Shown here in pieces: positions 51,411 to 63,635 of a stretch of 64,000 bases of DNA. The position numbers and the translations under genes were made by a program. The notes beneath the pieces are model-generated. The model was not told the DNA's origin and made no database searches. It saw only the letters and a list, made by a program, of their open reading frames with translations. The stretch is taken from positions 110,486,001 through 110,550,000 of the forward strand of contig NW_024704743.1 in assembly GCF_018977255.1 (NCBI RefSeq). The letters are read 5' to 3'. The DNA is from Callorhinchus milii (Eukaryota). Each line of letters begins with the position of its first letter. The first letter of the stretch is position 1.

Positions 51411-51544
51411 GTAATCCGTGAAGCCTTGAAGACTGAACAGTCAGTAATGCTTAAAAGTTCTCCTGCAGATCTGGTGACTGAGACAGATCAAAAAGTAGAA
51501 AAAATGATTATAAATACCTTGAAGAAAAAATTTCCTTCTCACAG
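51411..51544 (+). CDS. IMPA1: IMPA1 coding exon 2
   Basis: [44 protein letters not shown]. Confidence 0.95.
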
Positions 51545-52153
51545 GTAAATGATGTACTTGCAACATATTGCAAAGATGATGTATTAGGTGTGATTCTGTA
51601 AACCTGTACCTCATCTACACAATTATTCTCACTATAGCTTTGTTGGGAAGTTCCTTACCATGTAGTAAGATTTGCTATATTCCGAGAAGGTTAAATTAAA
51701 TGGTTATATAATAGCCAGTTTTTCTTCTGGTGTGGTATATTTATTACCTATTTGAGCTGGAAAAAAAAGAAACTGAACCATAGAAATTTGGAGCACAGAA
51801 GGTATTCAGCCCATCCTGTCTATTAAGAACAATCCTTTCAGACCCATTTACCTGCCGTTCTCCATATCGCTGTATAGGGAAAGTTTAATAAAGATGCATT
51901 TATTTCAGAACTATTCCCTTAGGGAACATAATGCAGACAGAACTTCATTTTCGTCAAAGCTTTTGCTGTTTGCTTTGGAATCCACATAACCTTGAAACAG
52001 CAAAATGTATTCCAGTTTGTTGCATTTTCTATGCGAAATTGGTGTACAGAATGTTGTAGCAGCACATATTTAAAATATTTCAGATTATGCTGAGTTAAAA
52101 AAAAGTCACAGATGGTTCATTTGAATGCTTTAATGTCTTTATTTCCCCCCCAG

Positions 52154-52258
52154 TTTTATTGGTGAAGAGTCTGTTGCAGATGGAGCACAAAGTGTATTAA
52201 CAGATAATCCCACTTGGATCATCGATCCCATTGATGGCACAACTAATTTTGTCCACAG
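52154..52258 (+). CDS. IMPA1: IMPA1 coding exon 3
   Basis: [34 protein letters not shown]; catalytic DPIDGT motif. Confidence 0.97.
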
Positions 52259-52923
52259 GTATGATTGTTATTGGTACCAGGGGAGGAGAAATTCAAAGTT
52301 TCTGGGAGAACTGATGAAGGTAACTTATTATACATTGTTTCCTGTCCTCACTCTAATTTTCCCAGCTTCTCTCCTTGAAGGAGCAAATTCCTGGTGGGAT
52401 GTAGTTCTGTCAGTGATGGGCATCCTCTGGTACATTACCTGTATGGCAACATGTGACCTTAGTCAGCTAGTGTTGGCAGATGATTTCATTATGGGATCCA
52501 TTCCTATCTTCAGCTGAAATTTCATCCATACAAGTAAGTTCCAGCAGCCAATAGGACTTACTGTTTAGTGATCAGAAGTGATCACTGCCTTCTCTGTAGC
52601 CGAGGGTGACTAAAGCTAATTGCACTACCAATCTAATAAGATTAGATACCTTATCACGGGCGAGGGGATTGAGCATGAGACCATGCAGATCTTTCACATT
52701 CACTCCAGGACAATTGCTTCATCGATTGAGCCATTGGATGAGTTACGTTCACTTTATAACATTAGGTAGCGGATTTGTTTTGTGGTGTGCATCGATGGGG
52801 AGGGGGTTGGATATTTCTGGACTAATTTCTTTCGAGCGCTAATGCTTCTAAGTTTTCTTAATTGAGTACAGTATTATCAGACAAATGTGGCTTTTTTCTA
52901 ACTGGCCCAATTTTTTTTTTCAG

Positions 52924-52969
52924 GCTTCCCTTTGTGGCAGTTTCTATCGGCTTTACTGTAAACAAACAG
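52924..52969 (+). CDS. IMPA1: IMPA1 coding exon 4
   Basis: LPFVAVSIGFTVNKQ; AG/GT boundaries. Confidence 0.94.
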
Positions 52970-54380
52970 GTAATTAAAATATTCTGCATTCTGTGCCATT
53001 TGAGTCTTTTTCCTTGAATACTTTACGTGTATTACAGAATCAGCAGGAAATTTTGTAGACGAAATGTTTTGCCTAATATGCGTAAATTAATAAATGAATG
53101 TTGCTGGGAAGAAGTCCTTAGTATGATGGGAATAGAAAGTTGAAATAACATTAAGTTATTGTATATCTAGGCTAAGTGTGATGTTAAAAGCACAAAGTGA
53201 CAGCTTAGGTCTTGAAAATTTAAGTTTCTCGACCTTTTTGAATTTGGATGAAAATCCACAGGAATCTGTTTAACCAGCTATTTAAAGCGTGTTTGGAGAA
53301 CATTTCTGACATAGCATACCAGCCCCATGTCTACCAAAAATAATAACCTTGGTAGAAAGGTGACCTCTGTGTGTTTTCACCCACTCCCACTGGATACCTG
53401 ACATTTTGGATCTTTCCCTCACACAAGAGTTGCTGTGTAAACAAACCTTACCCATGCTGGTCTGAAACACCAACATTCCTGAGCTGTGAACCATCTTTGT
53501 CACATAGATACACTTTAGGCTTTTATTGACATTCAGGCCAGTCCCAGGTGGTTTGAATTGCTGATGACTTGAAGTTGAACTTGGGATGTGCCAGTATGTG
53601 GAAGCCCAGTCCCTCTAATCAGCAATTGAAAGTCATGATGTGCAAGCCAGAAGAAGAATATATAAACTGGCTTCAGGAGTTTGGTATTGAGACCTATGCT
53701 CCATGATCGAGGGAGAGCGGTGGAGATCTGATTTTCACATATCTGGGTTATTCATATTCAAGGTGTCAGGCTGGCTCTCGCCTGTGAGTCACAAGGTTGT
53801 GGGTTCAAACCCCGTTTTGGGACACTCCAATGCAGAGTGCTGCATTGCTGGAGGTTGCAGTCCTTTGAGTCGACGTTAAACTGGGGTCCTGTCCCTGTTC
53901 AGGTGAACATTAATTTTTTCATGGCACTACTCAAAAGAGAAGGGAATTTCTCCTGGCCAACAGCCCCAAATAAAAACTGGACATTCACTTCAACCCTGAT
54001 TGTGGGTTATTGTGTGCAAATTGGCTGCTAATGTGTGCAGAGCAATCACCAGTTTTATTGCGGGGGAGAATTGTTGGTTATGAATGGCCTCCTCCTGTTC
54101 TTATTTTCCTATGTTCTTAAATGCAGACTATAAATATCAATCAATATTAGGATTTGATTTTGTGGGATCTAGAGTTATGTGCTGCTAGAGGTGCCAAACT
54201 ATTGACTGTGTCCAATTTTTTTAAAAAAGGTAACTTCTTCTATTTAGTACAAAGTTTTTTAAAACAGATCCATGCTGCATATTATGTCTAAACTCCACTC
54301 TGAGGTTTGGTCTGGCCTAATTCAACAATATTGAAGCTAACATAATAAGCTGTTCATTTACATTTTATTTCATGCTGCAG

Positions 54381-54489
54381 ATTGAGGTTGGTGTTGTGTA
54401 CAGCTGTGTAGAGGACAAGATGTACACTGCTAGAAGAGGCCAAGGTGCATTCTTGAATGGACAGCGATTAAAAGTGTCTGGACAGGAAG
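54381..54489 (+). CDS. IMPA1: IMPA1 coding exon 5
   Basis: IEVGVVYSCVEDKMYTARRGQGAFLNGQRLKVSGQE. Confidence 0.95.
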
Positions 54490-55433
54490 GTATGACTGAG
54501 AGGCAATACTTGTTTTCTGGGTGGGGAAAGGAGAGAGACACACACATACAAGTTGTGCCACGACGCACCTACAGTCAATAATAATAAAAATAAGCGTTGC
54601 GTTTGATATAGCGCCTTATCATGTCTTCGAGACGTCTCAAAGCGCTTCACAGAATATACTGTAAAGTGAATTGACAGTATATTTTGTGGGTGTGTATATA
54701 TTTTGTATATTTTGTGGGCTAAATCTTTTCAGCAGCAAGTTAAATAAATATATCTTGCCTTTTTATGTAAGGGATCGATGGTGCATGATTCATTAGCCCG
54801 TCTCTTAATGAGCCTTGGAGATGAAGGCCAAAACTCCAATGGAAAGTGAGGTCCAAGAAATGTATTTACAGCGCACGCGAAGGCCATTCAGACTAGTGAC
54901 CGCCATGCCTCTTAAAAGCAAAATCTCTTCAGTCCAACTTTCCCAAGCCCTCGCCACCTATACCCATACAGTTGACTCCCTTTTATATATTTATCAAGTT
55001 TCCTTTTAAAAACTACTTTGGATTCTTCGTCAACCAACGCTCCCAGGAGGCATTCCATATCCTAACTGTGTGTGAAAAAATTCTCCTAACCTCCCCATTT
55101 GCTTGTTTGCTAATTAAAATTAATACCTTCTAATGCCTTGTCTTAGCTGGATAAGATTTGAGCTGTGTCACTGTCATTCTTCCTTCATAGTATGGTGAAA
55201 TACTCCTCAGGACACAATGATTTTGGTATTCCTAAATTTTCATTCATTTAGGTAGACAGCTTTTGAAATCACACTGGTTTATGTGACTTCATTTTTTTTG
55301 CCTCGGGAGATATTATCAATCAAAAATTGCCCATCTAGTTCGGACAACAAGTTTTACTGAAGTGTAAATTTGTGCTAAACTAAAATTGTAATTTAAGTAT
55401 TTTCTTTAGATTCTCTCTTAATTTTTTTTACAG

Positions 55434-55542
55434 ATATAAGCAAAGCTCTTATAGTGACTGAGCTGGGATCCAGTCGCACCCCTGAGGTGCTGAAAATTGT
55501 CCTTTCAAACATGGAGAAACTGATCAATATTCCCTGTCATGG
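55434..55542 (+). CDS. IMPA1: IMPA1 coding exon 6
   Basis: DISKALIVTELGSSRTPEVLKIVLSNMEKLINIPCH; donor GTAAGT. Confidence 0.95.
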
Positions 55543-55974
55543 GTAAGTGCAAACATCTATAAATGGCAGGTTATGAAATTGATTTTCATGTTTTGTACGT
55601 ATTCTCCCATTGATACTGATAATGTTTAATAACTTTGCAATAAAGCATCTAGAGATTACTACAACTAAATATAATGTATAGCACAGCAACTTGCATTTAC
55701 ATAGCATCCTTCACTCATTTTGTGCAATAAAAGTTACACTTTTCCAGGATTTTGTTTCTTACATTTTTACGTTAGTTTATTTCCCGCACCAGTCTGCTAT
55801 CTCACACCAACACTTGTTTGTTCACCACAATATATTCCTTTCATTCTTCATCTTGGGCCTTGCTTGGTAAATATAATTACCCTTGGATTGATGAACATAT
55901 GTTTCAATGAAATGATATGGGCTCTTGTTGAACTGGACTGCTCTGTAACCTGTTATTTGTGAATCTTGTTTCAG

Positions 55975-56126
55975 AATTCGAGCTCTGGGAACTGCAGCTG
56001 TGAACATGTGCACAGTGGCGACAGGTGGCGCAGATGCTTATTTTGAAATGGGAATTCATTGCTGGGATATGGCAGCTGCAGCCGTTATCATCACAGAGGC
56101 TGGTGGTGTTGTACTGGACATATCAG
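55975..56126 (+). CDS. IMPA1: IMPA1 coding exon 7
   Basis: IRALGTAAVNMCTVATGGADAYFEMGIHCWDMAAAAVIITEAGGVVLDIS; WD..A motif. Confidence 0.96.
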
Positions 56127-56224
56127 GTAGTCTGAGTCTTCATAAATTTTTACCCGTGTCCTGGTCAATAATGCCTCCCCCCCCCCCCCCCACCGTGGAT
56201 GGGATAGAACGTGCCAAAGAGAAA

Positions 56225-56790
56225 GCTGAGAGAGATCCTGAGGTGGTGGTTGACTCATCAATCACTATGTTAGAACCGTGTGAGGCAGCAATAGACCCGG
56301 TTTACAGGATCCTGGGCTATATTGCTAAATAACAACAATAATAATCTTTGCATTTGATATAGCGCTCTGTCACGTCATTGAAATGTCTCCAAGCATTTTT
56401 ACTGTAAAGTTGTGTGACTGTATTTTGTAGGCAAATAAATCAGTTGAGTTTAGATTCCCAAATATCATAACAAGGTTTATACAGGGCTCTGCTTAGACCA
56501 AACCTTGGATGATGCCTACAGTTCTGGTCACAATATAAATGACTGCCAATAGAACAAGAGACATAGGTTTAGATTTGTAAAGGCAATTTCAAGAGAGATA
56601 CAGGGAGATTTTCTTTACTCAGAAGATAATCAACGCTGGAACAGGTTATCAGGAAGGGTGGTAGAGGCCGGGACACTGGACTCAGTTAAAAGGCAGCTTG
56701 ATGCAGAAATATGGGGACGTTAGGGAGGGTATTCTGGAGAGATTAGATCAGGTGGGTCGAAGGGCCTTCTTTATCCAGATCAATATTGTG
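56225..56790 (+). mobile_element. Decayed CR1 3' fragment
   Basis: Degenerate GATCCTGGGCTATATT, TTCTTTACTCAGAAG, GGGTCGAAGGGCCT segments; similar decayed pieces at about 4330-4560, 17030-17320, 24540-24780 and 54930-55130. Confidence 0.65.
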
Positions 56791-57132
56791 TAAATAAAAG
56801 TAGTCATTCACTTCCTGGCCTCATGTGGGAACATTTTGAAATGAAGTCTCAAGTTTAGAAGCATTTTTTCTTTTAAAAAGGCATTCAAATTAATTAAATT
56901 GAATTTTCCACAACTGTGCAGAATCTTACATTTGGAGGCAAAATGAGTTTAAGGTTGTTAGTTGATGAATACAATCATTTCGTCCAGTGGTTTTAAGTGG
57001 CATTAACTCATCCATCATTATTTGATTTTCCAAAAAAGGCTGAGCCATAACTTTTTACCCTCCAAGAAAGTTCGAAGCACAGTTTCTAAAAGCATTATTT
57101 TCTTTTATGACTTTTTTTTCCTTTATTTTCAG

Positions 57133-57251
57133 GAGGACCATTTGACTTGATGTCACGCAGGGTGATTGCTTCTAGCAGCAGAGCCATTGCAGACAGAATA
57201 GCACAAGTGGTGCAGCCGATCCCATATGCAAGGGATGATGAGGAGCAATGA
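57133..57251 (+). CDS. IMPA1: IMPA1 last coding exon
   Basis: GGPFDLMSRRVIASSSRAIADRIAQVVQPIPYARDDEEQ-TGA; joined CDS 855 nt = 284 aa. Confidence 0.95.
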
Positions 57252-59888
57252 ATTGAAGGACGAATTTGTAGTGTATAAAGTCAAGAGAACTATAATAAGA
57301 AAGTTTTTTTTTTTAAAAAAACACAAAGATTGTAGATTTTCCTTGTTTTTAGTTCCAGAATGTACCGCGGATATTGAGCTAGACTATTAGAATGAGGAAA
57401 ATAGTGAACTCTTCACACATCCAATGATTCACACACCCAACTGAACGCTCTGCTGATCGCTGCTCTTGTCGCCTCATGAGATCCACTCTCTCTGGTATGT
57501 GACGCCACATCATACACTCGACCTGTCCCTTCAGCAGCACCACTTTATCTCAGAACTGCCCTCGTCCTCAACTCATTTCATTCATCGCCACATTCGGCGC
57601 CTCAACAAAAAACTGTTCCTTTTTCTTTTAGGTGCCAACCCACCTCCTGAAGCCTCCCCCCACCCCTTTACCTTCTCCTGACCCCCAATCCCACGCCCTG
57701 CTGTATCTTCACCATTCCCTCTGACTTCCCACTTTCTGATCCTGAACAATCCGTCCTCAGTAAAGGCTTCAGCTTTATCCCCTTACGCCCCCACCTCAAA
57801 TCAATTTTGATCCCGACATGACGCTGAGCTCTTCTTCCGCCGCCTCCGCGCTCACTTCTTTGGCCAGGATGCCTCCCCCTGTACATCGGACCCTTTCTCC
57901 TGTCTCCAGAAATCTGACCCCACCGCCAGGCTCCCTACCCTCCCGCGACCTGTTCATTGAAAACTGCCGGCGTGACATCGGCCGCATCCAGTTCTTCCCT
58001 CCCCTCCCCCACTCAAACCTCTCTCCCTCTGAACGCGCTGCACTCCACTGCCTCAGGACCAATCCTGATTATCACTGTTAAACCCGCTGACAAGGGAGGC
58101 GCAGTCGTTGTCTGGCGAAAGGACGGCTACCTGGCAGAGGCTGAATGCCGACTCTGACAACTCCTCCTACCTTCCTCTGGACCATGACCCCACAGCTGAA
58201 CACCAAGCCACCATCACTGAGGTAGTCCATGACCTCATCTCCTCTAGTGACCTTCCTCCTACAGCCTCCAAACTCATAGCCTCGCACAGCCCGCCTGTAC
58301 CACCTCCCCAAGATCCACAAACAGGACCATCCTGGTAGACCCATTGTCTCAGCCTGTTCCTGTCCCATGAATTAATCTCGTCTTATCTGGACTCCCATTT
58401 TTTGTTCCCCTCGTCCAATCCCTACCCACCTATATCCATGACTCCTTGGATGCCCTCTGCCACTTTGACAATTTCCGGTTCCCCGGTCCTGAACTTCTCC
58501 TCTTCTCAATAGATGTTCAGTCCCTCTACACCTCCATCCCCAACAAGGAGGGCCTCCAGGCCTTCCGGTTCCACCTTTATCAATGGCAAAACTAGCTTCC
58601 ATCCACCACCACACTCCTCCGCCTGGCTGAACTTGTTCTGACATTGAACAATTACACATTCAATTCCAACAACTTCCTTCAAATAAAAGGTGTCGCTATG
58701 GGAACCTGCATGGGTCCCAGCTACACCTGCCTGTTTGTTGGTCACCTGGAACACTCCTTGTTCTGGTCCTACTCAGGACCACTCCCTGACCTGTTCCTCA
58801 GGTACATCGATGACTGTGTCGGGGCTGCTTCCTGCTCTCGCAGTGAGTTAGAAGCATTTATAAATTTCGCTTCCACTCCATAAAATTCACATGGACCATC
58901 TCTGATTCCTCCCTTCCTCGACTTCACTATCTCCACGTTAGGTAACAGACTATCCAGACATTTTCTATGAGCCCACCAACTCCCACAACTACCTTGATTA
59001 TATCTCATCTCACCCAGCCTCCTGCAAAGACGCCATCCCACTTTCCCAGTTTCTCCACCTCCACCGCACCTGCTCTGACAATGCAACCTTCCACGCCAGA
59101 GCAACCAAGATGTCCTCATTTTTCCTTGACCGAGGATTCCCATCGATAGTAATTGCCAAGGCCCCTGACTGTGTCCGCCCTATTTCCCCCTTTCCCCCCC
59201 ATCCCAGAACTATGATAGGGTTTCCTTAGTCCTCACCTACCATCCCATCAGCCTCAAGATTCAGCACATCATTCTCCTACATTTTCAGCACCCCAGTGTA
59301 ATTTATCCACCAAACACATATTTCCCTTCCCTCTCCGCATTCCAAAGGGATCGTTCCTTCCGGGATTCCTTAGTTCATTCAGCCATCAGCACTACCAGCT
59401 GCTCTCCTTCCCGATACCTTCCCATGCCATTGCAGCAGATGCAATACCTGCCCTTTTACCTCCTCCCAGACCACTATCCAAGGCCCCAGACAGCGGTTTA
59501 CATGTCCTACCACCAATGTAGTTTACTGTATCCACTCCTCATGGTGTAGCCTCCTTTATATTGGGGAGACTAAGCGCAGATTGGGTGACCGATTTGCAGA
59601 ACACCTCCGTTCTGTACGCAAGGTCAACCCTGATCTTCTGGTCTCCTGCTATTTTACCTCACACTCCCATTCACAGTCTGACCTCTCCATCCATGGTCTC
59701 CTACGCTGTTCCAATGATCCACAGCAAAAGCTTGAGGAACAGCATCTTATCTATCTGGTAGGGACCCTACAGCCCTCTGGCCTCAATATCGATTTCAGCC
59801 ACTTCAGACCATGACAGCTCATCTTCCCCCCTCCCCCTCTTTCTGTTATCATTACAATCATCACCCCAGACACTCTTTGTCTCTCTGT

Positions 59889-60209
59889 AATAATAATAAT
59901 ATAATAATCCTTGCATTTGATATAGCACTTTTCACGTCTGGAGGACGTCCCAAAGCGCTTCACAGAACACATTGTAAAGTGAATTGACTGTATATTTGTG
60001 GGCGAACGCGGCAGCCAATTGCGCACAGCAATGTCCCACAAACAGTCGTAGATTGAAAATGACTGATTTATTATTGTTTTTGGAGGGATTATTATTAGGC
60101 TCTGTGTGGAGTAAGGAAACTTGCCCAAGGTTTCGCCCTCTGCCTGGAATTCAACTCAGGTCTCTCACTTGCAAAGCGAGTGCTCTAACCACTGAGCTAC
60201 AGGACTCCA
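59889..60209 (-). mobile_element. Full-length tRNA-derived SINE, same family, young
   Basis: TGGAGTCCTGTAGCTCAGTGG head; near-identical to the copies at 14308-14508 and 45830-46100. Confidence 0.9.
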
Positions 60210-60387
60210 GTGTGTTGCCTGTTCTGCACTTCTCCCCAGTTTTGTTTCTACCCATCCTCCCCCTTTTTACGCTACTACCACCTCTTTAACCCATCAACTA
60301 ACACATTCTCTCCTTTGTCTTTGTTGTCTTCCTTGTCCTGCCTCCTCCTCTTAACTTGTCCTTCAAAACTCTCCCTCCCAACATGCC

Positions 60388-60428
60388 CCAGTACTGACGA
60401 AGGGTCGTGGACCTGAAACGTTGACTCG
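60388..60428 (+). ncRNA. Minimal hammerhead ribozyme motif in the Penelope terminal repeat (possibly inactive)
   Basis: CTGACGA (60394-60400), stem II AGGGTC-GTG-GACCT, GAAA (60415-60418), palindromic AACGTT. Confidence 0.65.
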
Positions 60429-62566
60429 CTCTCCTTTCTCCATAGATGCTGCCTGACCTGCTGAGTTTTCCCAGCTCTCTGTTTTTGTTTCAGATTTCCA
60501 GCATCTGCAGTATTTTGTGTTTCACCCAATAATTGGTTAGGTCAAGAGTTAAATGATTTTCATTAATTCTGAAGTCTTTAGTTTTTAATCAAGTACCATC
60601 CGTTTAACATTTTTCTTTTTGCTGAGCTGAACCCAGTGTTGGAAAGTGATTGTCAGAATTTAGGACATTGATATGGTTCTCAATCATAGGTTGTTTCGTT
60701 CTTACACCGTACGACTTATGCACACTTTAAATTGGTTGTTTAAAGAATATAAACTTGCATTTTGCAAAATATCTGTGTATATTGCCCAAATTATTTATAT
60801 ATTTGCATAACTCATCACAGTCCTTTTCCCTTGGAGTGATGAGTTACCAGTTTACTGTATATGACTGTACCATCCCAATAAAAAAATTATACAAATCCAC
60901 TACAATTGTTGTCTGGTCGTATCTTTTTAAATCCTGGCAAGTGTGCATCAAAACCTTGCTTAGCTGGGAAACAGTTGAAGGTAAATATATCACCTGTGAT
61001 TGTAAACCTCGTTCATAGCCAACATTTTGCTTTTGACCAATCCACTCGAGAAAAGGCCTAAAAAGTTTGGAAAGCAAAACAATGTGAAACATCCTTTGCT
61101 AACCAGCGGGGGAGATTACAATTCATTTCCATAACTGAAATTCATGCAACTTGAGCCACAAAGTTGTAGCTGTGCAGCAACTTCCAGTTTGAGGATGTTG
61201 CATTTCAGACCCTATCAATACTGATGTCTTAGCATCAGAGGCCTGAAATTCCATATGGCCTTTATTGTCTTTATTAATTTAAGAACATGTATACATTTAA
61301 CATAGTTTTGTATCAGACTAAGAGAGAGAGATTTTTTGAGGCTCAACTGTGATGTTCCTTACGGCTGAGTGACCCGCCAAAACAAACAAGAATGGCCACT
61401 TACATTTAATTTCTAAAAAAACAAGTGAACTTCATTTGATTAATTACAATTCTTCCAAAATTAACTAGCTATATTAGCAATATTTTCATGAAATGTTAAT
61501 TTAAAAAACTTTAGAGCTATGCACTAGAAAATTACAGGGAAATTCTAATCTATTACAACTAGTACTTTCAAACATCAAAACAATCAAACCAGTCAAATAC
61601 TCCACTTATTGTATAATGGTACAAGAGAATTTCAAACAGTTGAAAAAATATAGACTTAAATTAACAAAAGTGACAGTAATCTCTGGCAATAGAAAAATAG
61701 TTTAAAAATCTTATGTTAGAATAGGATCTGCAAATTCAGTTAAGCAGTAAACTCTATATTTACAGAAAGTGCATAAGGTAATCTTAGTTATTTCACAGCA
61801 TGTAATATCATCAGAAGCCACCATCTTAATTCACTAGTCGTGTGTACAATTATTTTTACAGTCTCAACATAGTTTCTGTGTTTAATTGACAAATATTTAA
61901 ATGTTTGGAAGTAATCCAGTTTTGTAAATATTGAAGGACGATGGTCCCCAATTTTAATTAACATGAATGGTACAAAAGATAGCCATAACTGAGCACACTC
62001 TACAAATCTCCAACACAGATCTTAAAATACAGCATTTTCAAGGTTACATCTGAAGATTACATCTATGTGGCTCACACTCGATACTTCTAGATCCTGGCAA
62101 ATATCTGATTTGATTTCCAATTCATATGTTGACTGTCGGGCTTTTTATCTCGTCAATTATCTTCTATTTGGTAAAGCAGATGAAATACATATTAGTTTCA
62201 AATTACAGCCTTATATGGGCACATTGTTGGCATTCATTATTGATTTGTCAATATTCCATACGATCCAAATATAACTATCAAGCTCTGAAGCCAGATGCTC
62301 CCCACATAACACACAATAAGACCTAGGATTTGCAGGGCGTAAACAACCAGAGATTACATGTTAAACCCGTGACAAGATTCAATTCCATTTTTATTTTGAC
62401 TTCATACTTTAATTTTCCTCATCAATGGTGCTCAGATTTTGAACAACAGGTCAACTGCATTTGAATCGTTGACACAAGTCTTTCTTAGTGCTGTTGAATG
62501 ACTATTTCAACTCAAGTTTAGAGCATCAAGAAAGAACTAAGATAAACGGGGTTGGAATTTAAAAGG

Positions 62567-62596
62567 TTATTTCCGTCCTTCTGACTGAAGGACGCA
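62567..62596 (-). CDS. Candidate terminal coding exon of the RNF31-like gene
   Basis: Acceptor TTTTCTTTCAG followed by CVLQSEGRK-TAA in phase 0; no recognisable homology, tentative. Confidence 0.4.
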   Translation of the reverse strand, partial: CVLQSEGRK

Positions 62597-63166
62597 CTGA
62601 AAGAAAACTAAATGGTCTGACCTTGGGTCTATCTCCACAACTACTGTTAATTCCACTCTAATCTGCTAGATGTATGCATCATATTTCAAATCGACTGTAT
62701 TTAACATACGGATTAGATTAATGGACTATTATTGATACTTTGAACTTTTGCAGGCCTATGGGGAGAGAGCGAGGGAGTCAGATTGAATTGAAATGCTCTT
62801 TTAAAATAGTCAGCACAGACACGATGGGCCGAATGGCCTCCTTCTGTACAATTCTATGATTCTATATAAGCAAAAAAGTCACCAGGAGAAACTTCCTTCT
62901 TTTTAAATAGTACCATGGGATGCTTAACATCCACCTAAAGAGACGATCGGTATCTTGGTTAGATCTTACCCCTAGCACTGCACTGGAGTATCAGCCTGGA
63001 CTATGAGCTCAAATCCTGATATTGGTCTTGAACCCATAACCTCTGACTCAGAGACAAAAGTGCTACCAACTGTATGTTGGCTGTATGTTGGCTATGTATT
63101 GTATTCATCACCAACATTTTGATATTCATTTTCTTTGAGTTTTCAAAAATTTGGGAGGAAACTTAC

Positions 63167-63335
63167 CTTTCTTAGCCTCTGAATAAATTTCTCTTCTGTC
63201 TCATTCGGATTTGGGTCTGGGATTGCAACATCCCAGCGATAGAGCTCACTAAACATTTCTTCCTTGTTGTATAATACAACTGGATCTAAGCAATGTTCAT
63301 TAGCAAGTTCCACTAAATACTGCTTATAATGTTTC
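63167..63335 (-). CDS. RNF31/HOIP-like E3 ligase, following LDD exon
   Basis: TGTTTCAG|KHYKQYLVELANEHCLDPVVLYNKEEMFSELYRWDVAIPDPNPNETEEKFIQRLRK|GTAAGT; in phase with the previous exon; resembles HOIP HYKEYLVSLINAHSLDPATLY. Confidence 0.87.
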
Positions 63336-63538
63336 CTGAAACAGAGATGTGATAGTTAAGTTCCAAACAGCTCTGTCAATCACATTTATTAAGACATCTG
63401 TACAAGCACTTAAAAACGGGGTTATGGGAGGGAATAAGAGACTCCTGATGGAGACTCCTAGAGGATAAACATCAGCATGGACTGGTTGGGCCAAGTGGCC
63501 TGTTTTCGTGCTATGCGTTCTTTGTAAATTTTACTTAC

Positions 63539-63635
63539 TCGCAAAACCCAGAATAACTTCTTATTGCGTTGTGTCCACACTGCTCATCTTTCAGCCCCTC
63601 GACACTATCTTTCTGCTCCATAACCTTACATTTAC
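63539..63635 (-). CDS. RNF31/HOIP-like E3 ligase, LDD-domain exon (gene continues beyond window)
   Basis: TTTCTTTAG|..KCKVMEQKDSVEGLKDEQCGHNAIRSYSGFC(E)|GTAAGT; resembles HOIP CRVIEQKEVPNGLRDEACGKETPAGYAGLC as recalled. Confidence 0.85.

Larger units (their letters stand above)
57420..60530 (+). mobile_element. Penelope-like retroelement (RT + GIY-YIG endonuclease), decayed, with pLTR end; interrupted by a SINE at 59889-60209
   Basis: VKPADKGGAVVVW; FLQIKGVAMGTCMGPSY..LF; FLRYIDD; VVYCI..LYIGETKRRLGDRFAEHLRSVR; 5' boundary approximate. Confidence 0.9.

Noticed and set aside
51408..51416. CAG|GTAATC as a recursive splice site
   Set aside because: GTA is the first Val codon of an essential IMPA1 exon; no independent support
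60530..62560. FABP-family exons expected from human synteny
   Set aside because: No FABP-like coding sequence recognised; the region looks like AT-rich UTR or intergenic DNA
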